From the NCBI GenBank assembly GCA_052390515.1, contig JBQTGV010000005.1, forward strand, positions 34,802-98,801: DNA of 64,000 bases, given 5' to 3'. The stretch is from Candidatus Eiseniibacteriota bacterium. Lineage in GTDB: Bacteria > ARS69. This document shows positions 28,521 through 37,422 of this stretch, one piece after another (the first letter of the stretch is position 1; every line of letters begins with the position of its first letter). Both the position numbers and the translations under genes were made by a program. The notes below the pieces were generated by a model. That model saw only the letters and a list, made by a program, of their open reading frames with translations. It had not been told where the DNA came from and ran no database searches.

Positions 28521-29873
28521 TCAGAACGCGAACTGCGTCCGCGCGAAGATCGCCCTCTCCGTCTCACGGTCCTCGCCGTTGGCCGCGCCGCCTTCGAACT
28601 CCGTCCGCACGTAGTCCGCGACGAGCTTCACGTTCCGGCTCAGCGTCCAGGTGACCCCTGCGCCCCACGCCTTCGCCCCTTCCACGGACGAAGCCGGATT
28701 CGCGAGGATCGGGAACGCGTTGTCGCCGACGGTGAGCTTCTGATACCTCGCGTCCAGCTCCACCGCGCCCCACTGACCCTGGGAGGAATCGTACGGTCGC
28801 TTGGGGGACACACCCTTCGGCGCAGCCTCGTCCGCGGTGAGCAGCACGACGCCGGTGACCTGCCACGCGCTGACCTCGTGCTCGATCGTGTCGACGTCGA
28901 GCGTGATCTCCTGAGTGGACTCCACCCACTCGCCGAGCACGCCGAGCCGGCGCCAGAACCACTGTCCCTGCGGTGAGAGGCGGGTGTGCTTGCCGTCGGC
29001 GAAGGCGGTCGTCGTCGCGGCGGTCGTCCCGGACCCGACGCGGTAGGCGAAGATCGTCGACTGCCCTTCGGAGCGGATCGACCCGAGGCCGGTGCTCGCC
29101 GGCGATCCCTCGGGGCGGCTCACGCTCGCCGCGACGGCGAAGGAGAGCCCGCGCAGGTCGGGCGACGTCGACTTCTTGAACGGCGTGGCCAAGATCCGGC
29201 CGGCGAGCTCCTTGTTGTCGTTCGTGTCGCCGTCGCCGGATCCGCCGTCGGCGACGCCGTTGAACACTCCGGCGGCCCACGTCACGACTCCTCCCGACAC
29301 GTCGCCGGAGAGCTGCAGGCCGATGTCCCGGTTGGGCACGAGCGACGTCGGGAACGCGCGCTCGATGAAGACCATCTCGGTCGCGGACTGGAGCCGCTCG
29401 AATCCGAGCGGCGGCTTGAACTTGCCGACGCGTGCACGGAGCGCAGGGCTCCGGCGCCACTCGACGTACCCGTCCTGGAGCGCGGCGGTGCCCCCACCCC
29501 AGTCCGGCATGATCCGGAAGTCGAACGACTTTGCCGCGGTCACCTCGATGATCGGCCGGACACGGCGTATCAACAGGCCGCTGGTCTGCGGGCGGCGGTC
29601 GTCTCCGGCGAAGAAGCGCCCGTCGACGTGCAGGTAGCCGCGGATCTTCAGCGAGTACGCGCCGTCCGCCGACTTCCAGGAGAACCCGTCCTTCCCGGCC
29701 GAGAACGTCGCGGCGGTCTTCGCCTTCTCCGCGGCGACCTCGTCCGCCACCTCGAGCCTTCGCTCGAGCACTCGGACGCGCTGATCGAGGTCGGCTGCCG
29801 GATCCTCCGCGCGCAGCGGCCCGGCACCGGCGAGCACTCCGAGGACGACGAACGGAACCCAGGGACTTCGCAT
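28521..29873 (-). CDS. OprO/OprP family anion-selective porin
   Basis: Signal peptide, coiled segment, IRRVRP, GKFKPPLGFERLQS, FIERA, PNRDIG, C-terminal RTQFAF. Confidence 0.88.
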   Translation of the reverse strand: MRSPWVPFVVLGVLAGAGPLRAEDPAADLDQRVRVLERRLEVADEVAAEKAKTAATFSAGKDGFSWKSADGAYSLKIRGYLHVDGRFFAGDDRRPQTSGLLIRRVRPIIEVTAAKSFDFRIMPDWGGGTAALQDGYVEWRRSPALRARVGKFKPPLGFERLQSATEMVFIERAFPTSLVPNRDIGLQLSGDVSGGVVTWAAGVFNGVADGGSGDGDTNDNKELAGRILATPFKKSTSPDLRGLSFAVAASVSRPEGSPASTGLGSIRSEGQSTIFAYRVGSGTTAATTTAFADGKHTRLSPQGQWFWRRLGVLGEWVESTQEITLDVDTIEHEVSAWQVTGVVLLTADEAAPKGVSPKRPYDSSQGQWGAVELDARYQKLTVGDNAFPILANPASSVEGAKAWGAGVTWTLSRNVKLVADYVRTEFEGGAANGEDRETERAIFARTQFAF

Positions 29874-29970
29874 GATCCACCTCCAGGGGAATGCCATACG
29901 CCATGCTGGTCGAAGGTAGACATGCGGCGGTTTCGCGGGCAGCCTCGCCGGGGTGACGACGAGGTGACGT

Positions 29971-30004
29971 CCGGCATGGCCGGCATGCCCGGCATGCCGG
30001 CATT
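29971..30004. repeat. Four tandem CCGGCAT(G/T) units
   Basis: CCGGCATG g CCGGCATG c CCGGCATG CCGGCATT, abutting the -35 of the FIST gene. Confidence 0.7.
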
Positions 30005-30032
30005 GAAGATTCCGCCGCCCGCGGTCTAAGAT
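30003..30032 (+). promoter_or_regulatory. Putative promoter TTGAAG-N18-TAAGAT, 6 nt before ATG (leaderless)
   Basis: -10 at 30027-30032, ATG at 30039, no Shine-Dalgarno. Confidence 0.55.
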
Positions 30033-30038
30033 GCAGCC

Positions 30039-31217
30039 ATGAAGTGGGCCTCGGCTCTGTCGCTCCGGATGGACACGGACCGCGCGGCCGGCGAGTGCAT
30101 CGAGGCACTCCGCCGCTCGCTCGACGGCTCGCCGCCGGACGTGCTCTTCGTGTTTCCTTCCGGAGATCACGCCGGTCGGGACGGGCAGCTCGCCGCGGCC
30201 CTGCACACGGCTTTCCCCGGCGCGCTTCTCGTGGGCTGCTCGGCGGCCGGGGTCATCGGCGGCGGGCACGAGGCCGAGGACACGACCGCGCTCTCGCTCA
30301 CCGCGGCCGAGCTGCCCGACGTGACGCTCGCTCCGATCCGCGTCGAGCCTGCGGACCTGCCGGATCTCGACGAGAGCCCCTCGGCGTGGCGCGACCGGAT
30401 CGGTGCCGGCGACGCGACCGCGGAACGCTCCTTCGTGATCCTCGCGGATCCGTTCTCGAGCAGGATCGACGAGCTGCTCCAGGGGCTGGACTATGCCTAT
30501 CCCGGTTCGCCCAAGGTCGGCGGTCTCGCCAGCGGGTCCGGCCAGGCGTTCGGCAACGTGCTGTTCCTCGGGGAGCGGCGCTTCCGCGACGGCGCGGTCG
30601 GGGTGGCGCTGGGCGGCAACGTGCGCATGGAGACCATCGTTTCGCAGGGCGGACGACCGGTCGGCCCCAGCTTCCCGATCACGCGGTGCGAGCGCAACGT
30701 GCTGTTCCAGCTGGACGGCCGCCCCGCGCTCGAAGTGTTGCAGGAGGTCTACGAGAACGCCGTCGAGGATCTCCCGGAGGGAGCGCACCCCGCGTTCTTC
30801 GTGGGCGTCCGCGCCTCCGAGGTGGGCGAAGGTCCCGGTTTCCTCATCCGCAACATCCTCGGCGTGGATCCGTCCTGCGGGGCGATCGCCGTAGGCACGC
30901 TGCTCCGCGACGGACAGGTCGTCCGCTTCCACGCGCTCTCCGCCGAGTCCGCCGACGAGGAGCTGCGCGCGCTCCTGGAGCGCTACCGCGACCGCGCCGG
31001 GGCCGCGGCCGAGGGCGCGCTGCTCTTCTCGTGCAACGGCCGCGGACAGGGCCTCTTCGGTACGCCGGACCACGACTCGCGCCTCTTCCACGACGTACTG
31101 CGCGGCGATATCGCGTTGGGGGGCCTCTTCTGCGCCGGCGAGATCGGGCCCGTCGGAACGAGCACGCACGTGCACGGCTTCACCAGCTCGTTCGGCATCC
31201 TCGCTCGGCGGCGCTGA
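30039..31217 (+). CDS. FIST N/C domain protein
   Basis: VGCSAAGVIGG, LADPFS, VGGLASG, VSQGGRPVG, LIRNILG, LLFSCNGRG, GLFCAGEIGP, HGFT. Confidence 0.92.
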   Translation: MKWASALSLRMDTDRAAGECIEALRRSLDGSPPDVLFVFPSGDHAGRDGQLAAALHTAFPGALLVGCSAAGVIGGGHEAEDTTALSLTAAELPDVTLAPIRVEPADLPDLDESPSAWRDRIGAGDATAERSFVILADPFSSRIDELLQGLDYAYPGSPKVGGLASGSGQAFGNVLFLGERRFRDGAVGVALGGNVRMETIVSQGGRPVGPSFPITRCERNVLFQLDGRPALEVLQEVYENAVEDLPEGAHPAFFVGVRASEVGEGPGFLIRNILGVDPSCGAIAVGTLLRDGQVVRFHALSAESADEELRALLERYRDRAGAAAEGALLFSCNGRGQGLFGTPDHDSRLFHDVLRGDIALGGLFCAGEIGPVGTSTHVHGFTSSFGILARRR

Positions 31218-31219
31218 GC

Positions 31220-31759
31220 ATGGACCGCGAGGCGCTGCAGCGGCTGGTGTTCGACCACGCACGCTATCCTGGCGTCCTGCTCCACCTCATCCAGGGCGCG
31301 CCCGAGGACTTGCTCCGCGAGCGCGAGGCCGAGGGGCGCTGGTCGCCGCTGGAGATCCTCGCTCACCTGCGCGACGAGGAGACGGCCGACTTCCGCGCGC
31401 GCGCCTTGGCCGCGGTGGAGGGCCGGCCGATCGAGGGCACCGTCGACCCGGAACGATGGGTCGTCGAGCGACGCTGCAACGAGATGGACCCGGGCGCCGT
31501 CTACCTCGACTTCGCCACGGAGCGCGCGGACTCGTGCCGCTGGCTCGAGGGGCTGACGGTGGAGGACCTGCGGCGAAGCCTCAGCCATCCGGTGGCCGGC
31601 ACCATGCGCGCGGGAGACTTCATCGCCGCGTGGCGGGTGCACGACCTGCTGCACCTGAAGCAGATCGCGCAGGCGATGTCGGTGATCACCGCCCGGCATC
31701 TCTCCGAGTGGCGCGTGGACTACGCGGGGCGCATCCCGGGTCTTCCCGAGCGGCGCTGA
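31220..31759 (+). CDS. DinB_2 family protein
   Basis: WSPLEILAHLRDEE...HDLLHLKQI His triad. Confidence 0.85.
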   Translation: MDREALQRLVFDHARYPGVLLHLIQGAPEDLLREREAEGRWSPLEILAHLRDEETADFRARALAAVEGRPIEGTVDPERWVVERRCNEMDPGAVYLDFATERADSCRWLEGLTVEDLRRSLSHPVAGTMRAGDFIAAWRVHDLLHLKQIAQAMSVITARHLSEWRVDYAGRIPGLPERR

Positions 31760-33463
31760 TCACCTCAGGGGTACGTACAGCTCCGCGGTCACGCCTTCGG
31801 CCTTCAGGCTCTCGATCCGCCGGTGTCCCAGGAGTGCGCGCTGCATCTCCTCCGGCACCGGGAACCCGTCGAACGCAAGGCGCCACACGCGCGCACGCGG
31901 CTCCTTGGCCGCCACCGCCTCCCAGTTCCGCGGAACGAAGCGGTACCGGCCCAGCTCGACGTAGTAGAAGATCGGTGTCGTGCACCAGTGGTCGATCACG
32001 AACACGAGATCGCCGTCCTGGAGCGCGGGCTTCCAGCGCTCGGCCAGCCCGCGGTAGTCGTGCGGGCTCTGCACCCGCCCCGCGTACCAGCGGAGGCTGG
32101 CGGCGTGCGCCGCGCCGAGACCGAGGGTCAGCACCAGGGCGACGACCACCGCAGCGGCTCGGTTCCGGCGGTTCGCGAGCCACGCCACCCCGCGCGCGAG
32201 CACGATCAGGAGGAACGGTACGAAGAGGATCATCTGCCGTTCGGCGAAGAGCGGCGTGAAGGCCGTCGCCGCCGCGACCACGACCGTCGGCACCACCGCG
32301 AGCGTCGCGGCGAGGGAAAGCGAGGCGGAGCCGCGGTGCAGGGTGTCGAGCAGCCGCGTCCAGATCCGCACCAGCACCGAGTCCGGCCGCCGCGCCAGCG
32401 CCGCGACGAGCACGAGCAGAGCCGGGAACACCGCCGTCGCCGAGAGCGTGCCTGCTTTCGCGGGAGCGTACCCGGCGTAGAATCTCGCCGCCGCCAGCAC
32501 GACGCCGGTCATCACCACGCCCGCACCGGCGAGCCATCCGAGATTCGGACCCTGCATCTCCTCCGGCTGCCTCTCCCGCGTCCGGCCGCGCACGGCGAAG
32601 AGCCCTGCCGCGAAGAGCACCGCGCCGACCACGGGAAGCACCAGAGGCGCCCACCGCGGCACGGCGTACGGCACCGGGTTCGTCTCCACGAAGAGGAAGC
32701 CGAGCTGCAGGAGATCGCGGACACCCTCGATCAGATCGCCCTCGAAGTGCGCCGCGCGGCTCTGGAACACGGCCAGCGTGACGATCGGGCTGGCCAGCAC
32801 GACGGCGAGGAGCTGCGTCCGGAGCACGGCGACGGCGGTCCGCGGCGCCCTCCGGTTCTCCACGAGGTTCCACAGCACGTGCGTCGCGGCGAAGATCCAG
32901 AAGTAGTACTCGATCACGAGCCCGAGGGTGAGCGTCGTACCGTAGAGGAGCAGCGCCGGCCGACGCTTGCCGCCCGAGGAGACGCGCAGCAGCAGCACGC
33001 TCGCCGCGAGCGCGAGGAAGCAGAGCATCGCCGCGGGCCGCGCGACCTGCGACCAGTAGATCTGGTGACCGGAGAAAGCCACGAGGGCGGCGGCCACGAA
33101 CGCCGCCCGACGATCGCCTTCGAGCCTCGCCAGCAGGAACACCAGCGCGATGCACGCGGTGCTCAGGAGCACCCCGGGCAGGCGGATGGCGAGGAGGCTC
33201 GTCCCGAACGCCTTGGTCCAGAACCACATCAAGGCGTACCAGCCCGGCGGATGCACCTCCCACATGGAGTTCACCACGGCGCGGTCCAGCGTGAGCCGCG
33301 CGCGTGGCTCCCCGAAGTCGTCCGGGAGCACGATGCCGGGTACGTAGCTCTCGGTGTGGCCCATCGCCCGGGCCTCGAGATCGTGCAGGCGGAGCGCGAG
33401 ACCCGCGGCCACCAGGACGGCCAGCACCAGGAGCGCGACACCGCCGGACCGACGTTCGGTCAA
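31760..33463 (-). CDS. GT-C glycosyltransferase (GT39/PMT_2-like)
   Basis: LALRLHDL, HPPGWYALMWFW, IRLPGVL, YWSQVARP, many TM helices. TTG start is approximate; TTGACA at 33517-33512 upstream. Confidence 0.78.
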   Translation of the reverse strand: MTERRSGGVALLVLAVLVAAGLALRLHDLEARAMGHTESYVPGIVLPDDFGEPRARLTLDRAVVNSMWEVHPPGWYALMWFWTKAFGTSLLAIRLPGVLLSTACIALVFLLARLEGDRRAAFVAAALVAFSGHQIYWSQVARPAAMLCFLALAASVLLLRVSSGGKRRPALLLYGTTLTLGLVIEYYFWIFAATHVLWNLVENRRAPRTAVAVLRTQLLAVVLASPIVTLAVFQSRAAHFEGDLIEGVRDLLQLGFLFVETNPVPYAVPRWAPLVLPVVGAVLFAAGLFAVRGRTRERQPEEMQGPNLGWLAGAGVVMTGVVLAAARFYAGYAPAKAGTLSATAVFPALLVLVAALARRPDSVLVRIWTRLLDTLHRGSASLSLAATLAVVPTVVVAAATAFTPLFAERQMILFVPFLLIVLARGVAWLANRRNRAAAVVVALVLTLGLGAAHAASLRWYAGRVQSPHDYRGLAERWKPALQDGDLVFVIDHWCTTPIFYYVELGRYRFVPRNWEAVAAKEPRARVWRLAFDGFPVPEEMQRALLGHRRIESLKAEGVTAELYVPLR

Positions 33464-33664
33464 TTCGAACCTTCCGATGAGGGGCGAAGCTCTATCGCCG
33501 GCCCGATGCCCTGTCAAGGACGGCGCCGGCGGGGGTGGCCAAGCGACACGGGGATCTCGCTCGCGGGCGAGAGGGCGTGGCCCGCGCGAGTTCCGCAGCG
33601 ACGCCGCGCGGCTTCCCCCGGAATGACGTTGGCGCGCTCGCTCGCGATCTCCTATCGTGCGGCG

Positions 33665-35719
33665 ATGCGGCGGTCCGTCATCCACGGCGCTCTCTGCGGA
33701 ACGACCGCTTGGCTGGCGTACGCCGCGGCGGAGCACGCGTTCTTCGCCGTCGTCCCGCGCGTCGTCAAGCCGCAGCTCGCCTGGCGCATGCTCCATCACG
33801 AGTCGTCGCTCGCCCTGTTCCTGTTCTACGCGGCGGCGGGGGCGGCTCTCGGTGCCGTGGCCGGCGCTGCGCTGCATCGGGCCGGCGAAGCGCGCGTCCG
33901 CTCCGCGGCCCTGGCCACGGTGAGCGGAGCCTTCGCCCTCAACCTCGCCGCGCAGCAGGCGGCGAGACCGGCCGCGCTCACGCTGTCGCTGCTCGCGCTC
34001 GCCGTGGCGATCACCGGCGTGCTGCTCGCCGTTCCGCGCCTCGCCGCGCTCGCCCGCCCGCTGCCCGTGGCGCTGCTGCTCGTCGGACCGCCGTGGCTCA
34101 CCAAGGATCTGCTGGCGAACGCGGGCGCGCCGCTGCGCGCCGGCGCTCCGGTCGCGTTCTGCGCCGTCGTCCTGCTCCTCTCCGCCTTCGCCGCGCGGGT
34201 CGCCGCGCGGAGAGGCACGCTCCAGCCCAAGCTCGCCGGAACGGCCGCGGTGGCCCTGGCCGTCGCCCTGGCCGGCCTCACGGTCAACCGCCTCCCGGCG
34301 GCGGCCGGGACGAGCGCAGCCTCCGGCGCGCCCCACGTACTGCTCGTGGTGCTGGACACGGTGCGCGCCGACCACCTTTCCCTGCAGGGCTACGAGCGCC
34401 GGACTTCTCCGCGCCTCGAGGAGTTCGCCCGCGAGGCCACGGTCTTCACCCGCGCGATCGCCGCGGGGGACATGACTCTCTCGACGCACGCCTCTCTCTT
34501 CACCGGCCTCTACGCCCGCGAGCACGGCGCGCACCATCCGGACCCGGAGCACTCCGGCCCGGGCGCGCCGGCCCCTCTCGCCGACCGCTTCGACACGCTG
34601 GCCGAGCACCTATGCGGCGCCGGCTATCGCACGTTCGGAGTCGTCGCGAATCACGGGTACCTCGGCCCGTTCTTCCGCCTGAACCAGGGCTTCGACTACT
34701 GGGACTCGCGCGCGGCCGTCGCGTGGACGCCTGCGAAGTACTTCCTGCGCACCGCGGTGCTGGGCGCGGTGGATGGCCGGCGCGCTTCCCCCGACGAGGG
34801 GCACCGCGCGTTCCGCACCGCCGACGAGATCGACGGCGAGGTGTTCGCCCTGCTCCGCCGCCTCGGCGACTCTCCCGCCCCGCTGTTCCTCTTCGTGAAC
34901 TACATGGACGCACACTTCCCGTACGTGCCTCCTCCGCCGTACGACACCCTGTTCCCCGGGCGGGATCCTTCGCTTTCCGTCGAGGAGCTGGACCGCAAGC
35001 GCCGCGACGTCGTCGTGCGCGGCGGTTCCATCACCGAGGCGGAGCGGCGCCACCTGCTGTCGCAGTACGACGGAGGAGTGGCCTACGTCGACGCGTGCTT
35101 CGGCAAGCTCATGGACCATCTGGAGGAAGACGGCTCCTGGGGCGATTGGCTCGTCGTGGTGACCTCCGACCACGGCGAGGCGTTCGGCGAGCGCAACCTG
35201 ATGGACCACGGCATGTCCGTCTACCAGGATCAGGTGTTCGTACCGCTGGTCATCAAGGCGCCGGCGGCGGCGCAGGCTGAGCCCGGCACCGTCGTGGACA
35301 GGCCGGTCAGCTCGGTCGACGTCTTCGCGACCATTCTGGCGAGCGCCGGCCTCGACGTCCCTCCGGGGACCGACGGCCGAAGCCTGCTTGCGGCGGTCGA
35401 CCCGCGGCCCGTCTTCGCCGAGCACTTCCCGTTCGAGAGGCTCGCGCGCCACGATTCGACGTACGCCCACGCCGAGCGTGCCGTCGTCGAGGACAGCCGC
35501 AAGCTGATCCGCTCGTCGCGCGGAGAGAGAGAGCTGTTCGACCTCGCCGCCGATCCGGACGAGCTCGCGAGCGTGGCCGGCGCGGACACCGTGGCGGCCG
35601 CTCGGCTCGACGCCGTGATGACGAGGTGGCTGGAGACGACCGTGCCGGCCGCCGTCGACACGGTGTCCCTGGATGCGGATGCCACCGAGCGCCTGCGCGC
35701 GCTCGGCTACGTCCAGTAG
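33665..35719 (+). CDS. Membrane-anchored sulfatase/alkaline-phosphatase-superfamily enzyme
   Basis: About 7 N-terminal TM helices, then LVVLDTVRADHL, MTLSTHASLFTG, NYMDAHFPY, TSDHGEAFGE, DHG, VPLVIK, ERLRALGYV. Confidence 0.88.
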   Translation: MRRSVIHGALCGTTAWLAYAAAEHAFFAVVPRVVKPQLAWRMLHHESSLALFLFYAAAGAALGAVAGAALHRAGEARVRSAALATVSGAFALNLAAQQAARPAALTLSLLALAVAITGVLLAVPRLAALARPLPVALLLVGPPWLTKDLLANAGAPLRAGAPVAFCAVVLLLSAFAARVAARRGTLQPKLAGTAAVALAVALAGLTVNRLPAAAGTSAASGAPHVLLVVLDTVRADHLSLQGYERRTSPRLEEFAREATVFTRAIAAGDMTLSTHASLFTGLYAREHGAHHPDPEHSGPGAPAPLADRFDTLAEHLCGAGYRTFGVVANHGYLGPFFRLNQGFDYWDSRAAVAWTPAKYFLRTAVLGAVDGRRASPDEGHRAFRTADEIDGEVFALLRRLGDSPAPLFLFVNYMDAHFPYVPPPPYDTLFPGRDPSLSVEELDRKRRDVVVRGGSITEAERRHLLSQYDGGVAYVDACFGKLMDHLEEDGSWGDWLVVVTSDHGEAFGERNLMDHGMSVYQDQVFVPLVIKAPAAAQAEPGTVVDRPVSSVDVFATILASAGLDVPPGTDGRSLLAAVDPRPVFAEHFPFERLARHDSTYAHAERAVVEDSRKLIRSSRGERELFDLAADPDELASVAGADTVAAARLDAVMTRWLETTVPAAVDTVSLDADATERLRALGYVQ

Positions 35720-35724
35720 TCGAT

Positions 35725-37422
35725 CTAGTGGCCGCGTTGCTCGCGCAGAGCGTGCAGCGCCTCGGCGTTGCGGCGGATCTCCGCGTTCCCGGGAAAGCGC
35801 CGCAGCGCTTCCGACGCCGTCCCGCCGGCGCGGTCGAGATCGCCGAGCTCGGCGTACGCGGCGATCAGCAGCGAGAACGGCGCCGGATCGTCGGGCCGGA
35901 GGCGGCGAAGCCGCTCGTAGGCCTCCACCGCCTCGGCGTGGCGCCCCGTGCGGTAGTACATCCAGCCGAGGTGCTCGAGCGCTTCCTGGTGATCGGGCTC
36001 CGCGGCGAGCAGCTGCCGGAGCGGTCCGACGGCCGCCTCGTAGTTGCCGGCCTCCCGCTCCAGCACCCCGAGGTAGAGCAGCGCCGTCGGGAAGCCGGGC
36101 TCGATCTCGAGCGCGCGCCGGAGATGCGCGCGCGCTTCCGCCGCGCGGCCCGCCTCGATCTCGCATGAGGCGAGGCGCGTCCGGAACAGCGGCGACTCCG
36201 GTGTGGTGGCCACCGTCGCGGCGGCGAGCGCGCAGTCGTCGCGCCAGTCCCCGCTTCGCCGCACGGTCATCACGGCCAGCGCCACCACCGCAAAGGTCAG
36301 CCCCACCAGGACCGGTCGCCGCCAGCGGCCGTCGAGCAGCGGGACCGCGAGCCCCGCGAGCAGCACGGCGAAGCCCGCCGACGGCGTGTAGAGGAGCCGT
36401 TCGGCCTTGCTCACCCCGATGGCGAAGGGGAGGTTCGACACGGGGAAGAGCGCCGTCAGAAAGAAGGCCGCGCCCCACGCCGCCGCCGGAAGCCGCGCGC
36501 GTCCGCGGAGGAGAAGCCAGCCCAGGACTGCGAGCAGCGCGACTGCCGCCGCGGTTCCCGGTTCCCACGGCGCCCGCGCGATCGGCACCACCGCCGCCGG
36601 ATAGTCCGCGGAGAGCCGGATCGGCGCGAGGAGCAGGCCGACGTACTCGAGCGCCACGCGAAGCGCCGTCCAGATCCGCTCCGCGCCCGTCGCCTCGGCG
36701 AGCGCGACGTGGATGCTTCGCCCGGAGACCGCAGCGGACCGCATCGCGAGGAACGCCGCCGCGGCGACCGCGAATCCGGCGAGCACGACGATCGCCCGGC
36801 GGTCTCCGCGCAGCAGCCAGCGCCGCTTCCGCAGCATCGCCTCGGTGACCACGATGATCGCCGGCGCCACGACGCCGCTCTCCTTCGAGAGCATCCCGGC
36901 GAAGTACGCCACCGGCGCGAGCACGGACCAGAACGGCGAGCCGCGCGGCGCGCGGAACCAGGCGAAGCAGGCGAGCAGCGTGCCGAGGCAGGCCAGGATC
37001 TCCGCGCGTCCCACGATCCCGCACACGACCTCGGTGTGGACGGCGTGGACCGCGAAGAGGACGGCGGCCGTGGCGGCGACGCGCTCGTCGGCGAAGAGCC
37101 GCAGGACGAGACGCCCCAGGAGGAAGGTTGCGAAGGCGTGGAGCAGCACGTTGACGGCATGGAAACCGGCCGCGCTCCCTCCGTGGACGGCGTGCTCGAG
37201 CGCGTACGTCGTCATGGTCAGCGGGCGGTACAACGTGTGGTCGGCGTACGGGTAGCCGGCCCAGTAGTCGCTCCGGAACAGAACCGCCGGATCGACGGAG
37301 CGCACCAGCGGGTTGTCGCGGACGATCTCGATGTCGTCGAGCGTGAATCCGGCGCCGAAGGACCGCAGGTGCACTGCGGCGGCGAGGAGAGGGGCGGCGG
37401 CGAGGATTCGCCGCGCGATCAC
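35725..37422 (-). CDS. TMTC-like (DUF1736) protein O-mannosyltransferase homolog with C-terminal TPRs
   Basis: FTLDD...NP, DYW, YRPL, FHAVNVLLH, LFAVHAVHTEVV..IVGRAEIL, LSKESG, LSADY, AERLLYTPS, DWRDD, TPRs. GTGA overlap. Confidence 0.85.
   Translation of the reverse strand: MIARRILAAAPLLAAAVHLRSFGAGFTLDDIEIVRDNPLVRSVDPAVLFRSDYWAGYPYADHTLYRPLTMTTYALEHAVHGGSAAGFHAVNVLLHAFATFLLGRLVLRLFADERVAATAAVLFAVHAVHTEVVCGIVGRAEILACLGTLLACFAWFRAPRGSPFWSVLAPVAYFAGMLSKESGVVAPAIIVVTEAMLRKRRWLLRGDRRAIVVLAGFAVAAAAFLAMRSAAVSGRSIHVALAEATGAERIWTALRVALEYVGLLLAPIRLSADYPAAVVPIARAPWEPGTAAAVALLAVLGWLLLRGRARLPAAAWGAAFFLTALFPVSNLPFAIGVSKAERLLYTPSAGFAVLLAGLAVPLLDGRWRRPVLVGLTFAVVALAVMTVRRSGDWRDDCALAAATVATTPESPLFRTRLASCEIEAGRAAEARAHLRRALEIEPGFPTALLYLGVLEREAGNYEAAVGPLRQLLAAEPDHQEALEHLGWMYYRTGRHAEAVEAYERLRRLRPDDPAPFSLLIAAYAELGDLDRAGGTASEALRRFPGNAEIRRNAEALHALREQRGH

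Noticed and set aside
28521-29970. Pho-regulated phosphate uptake locus
   Set aside because: No Pho box recognised and no pst or cys transporter genes adjacent. Porin substrate undetermined.
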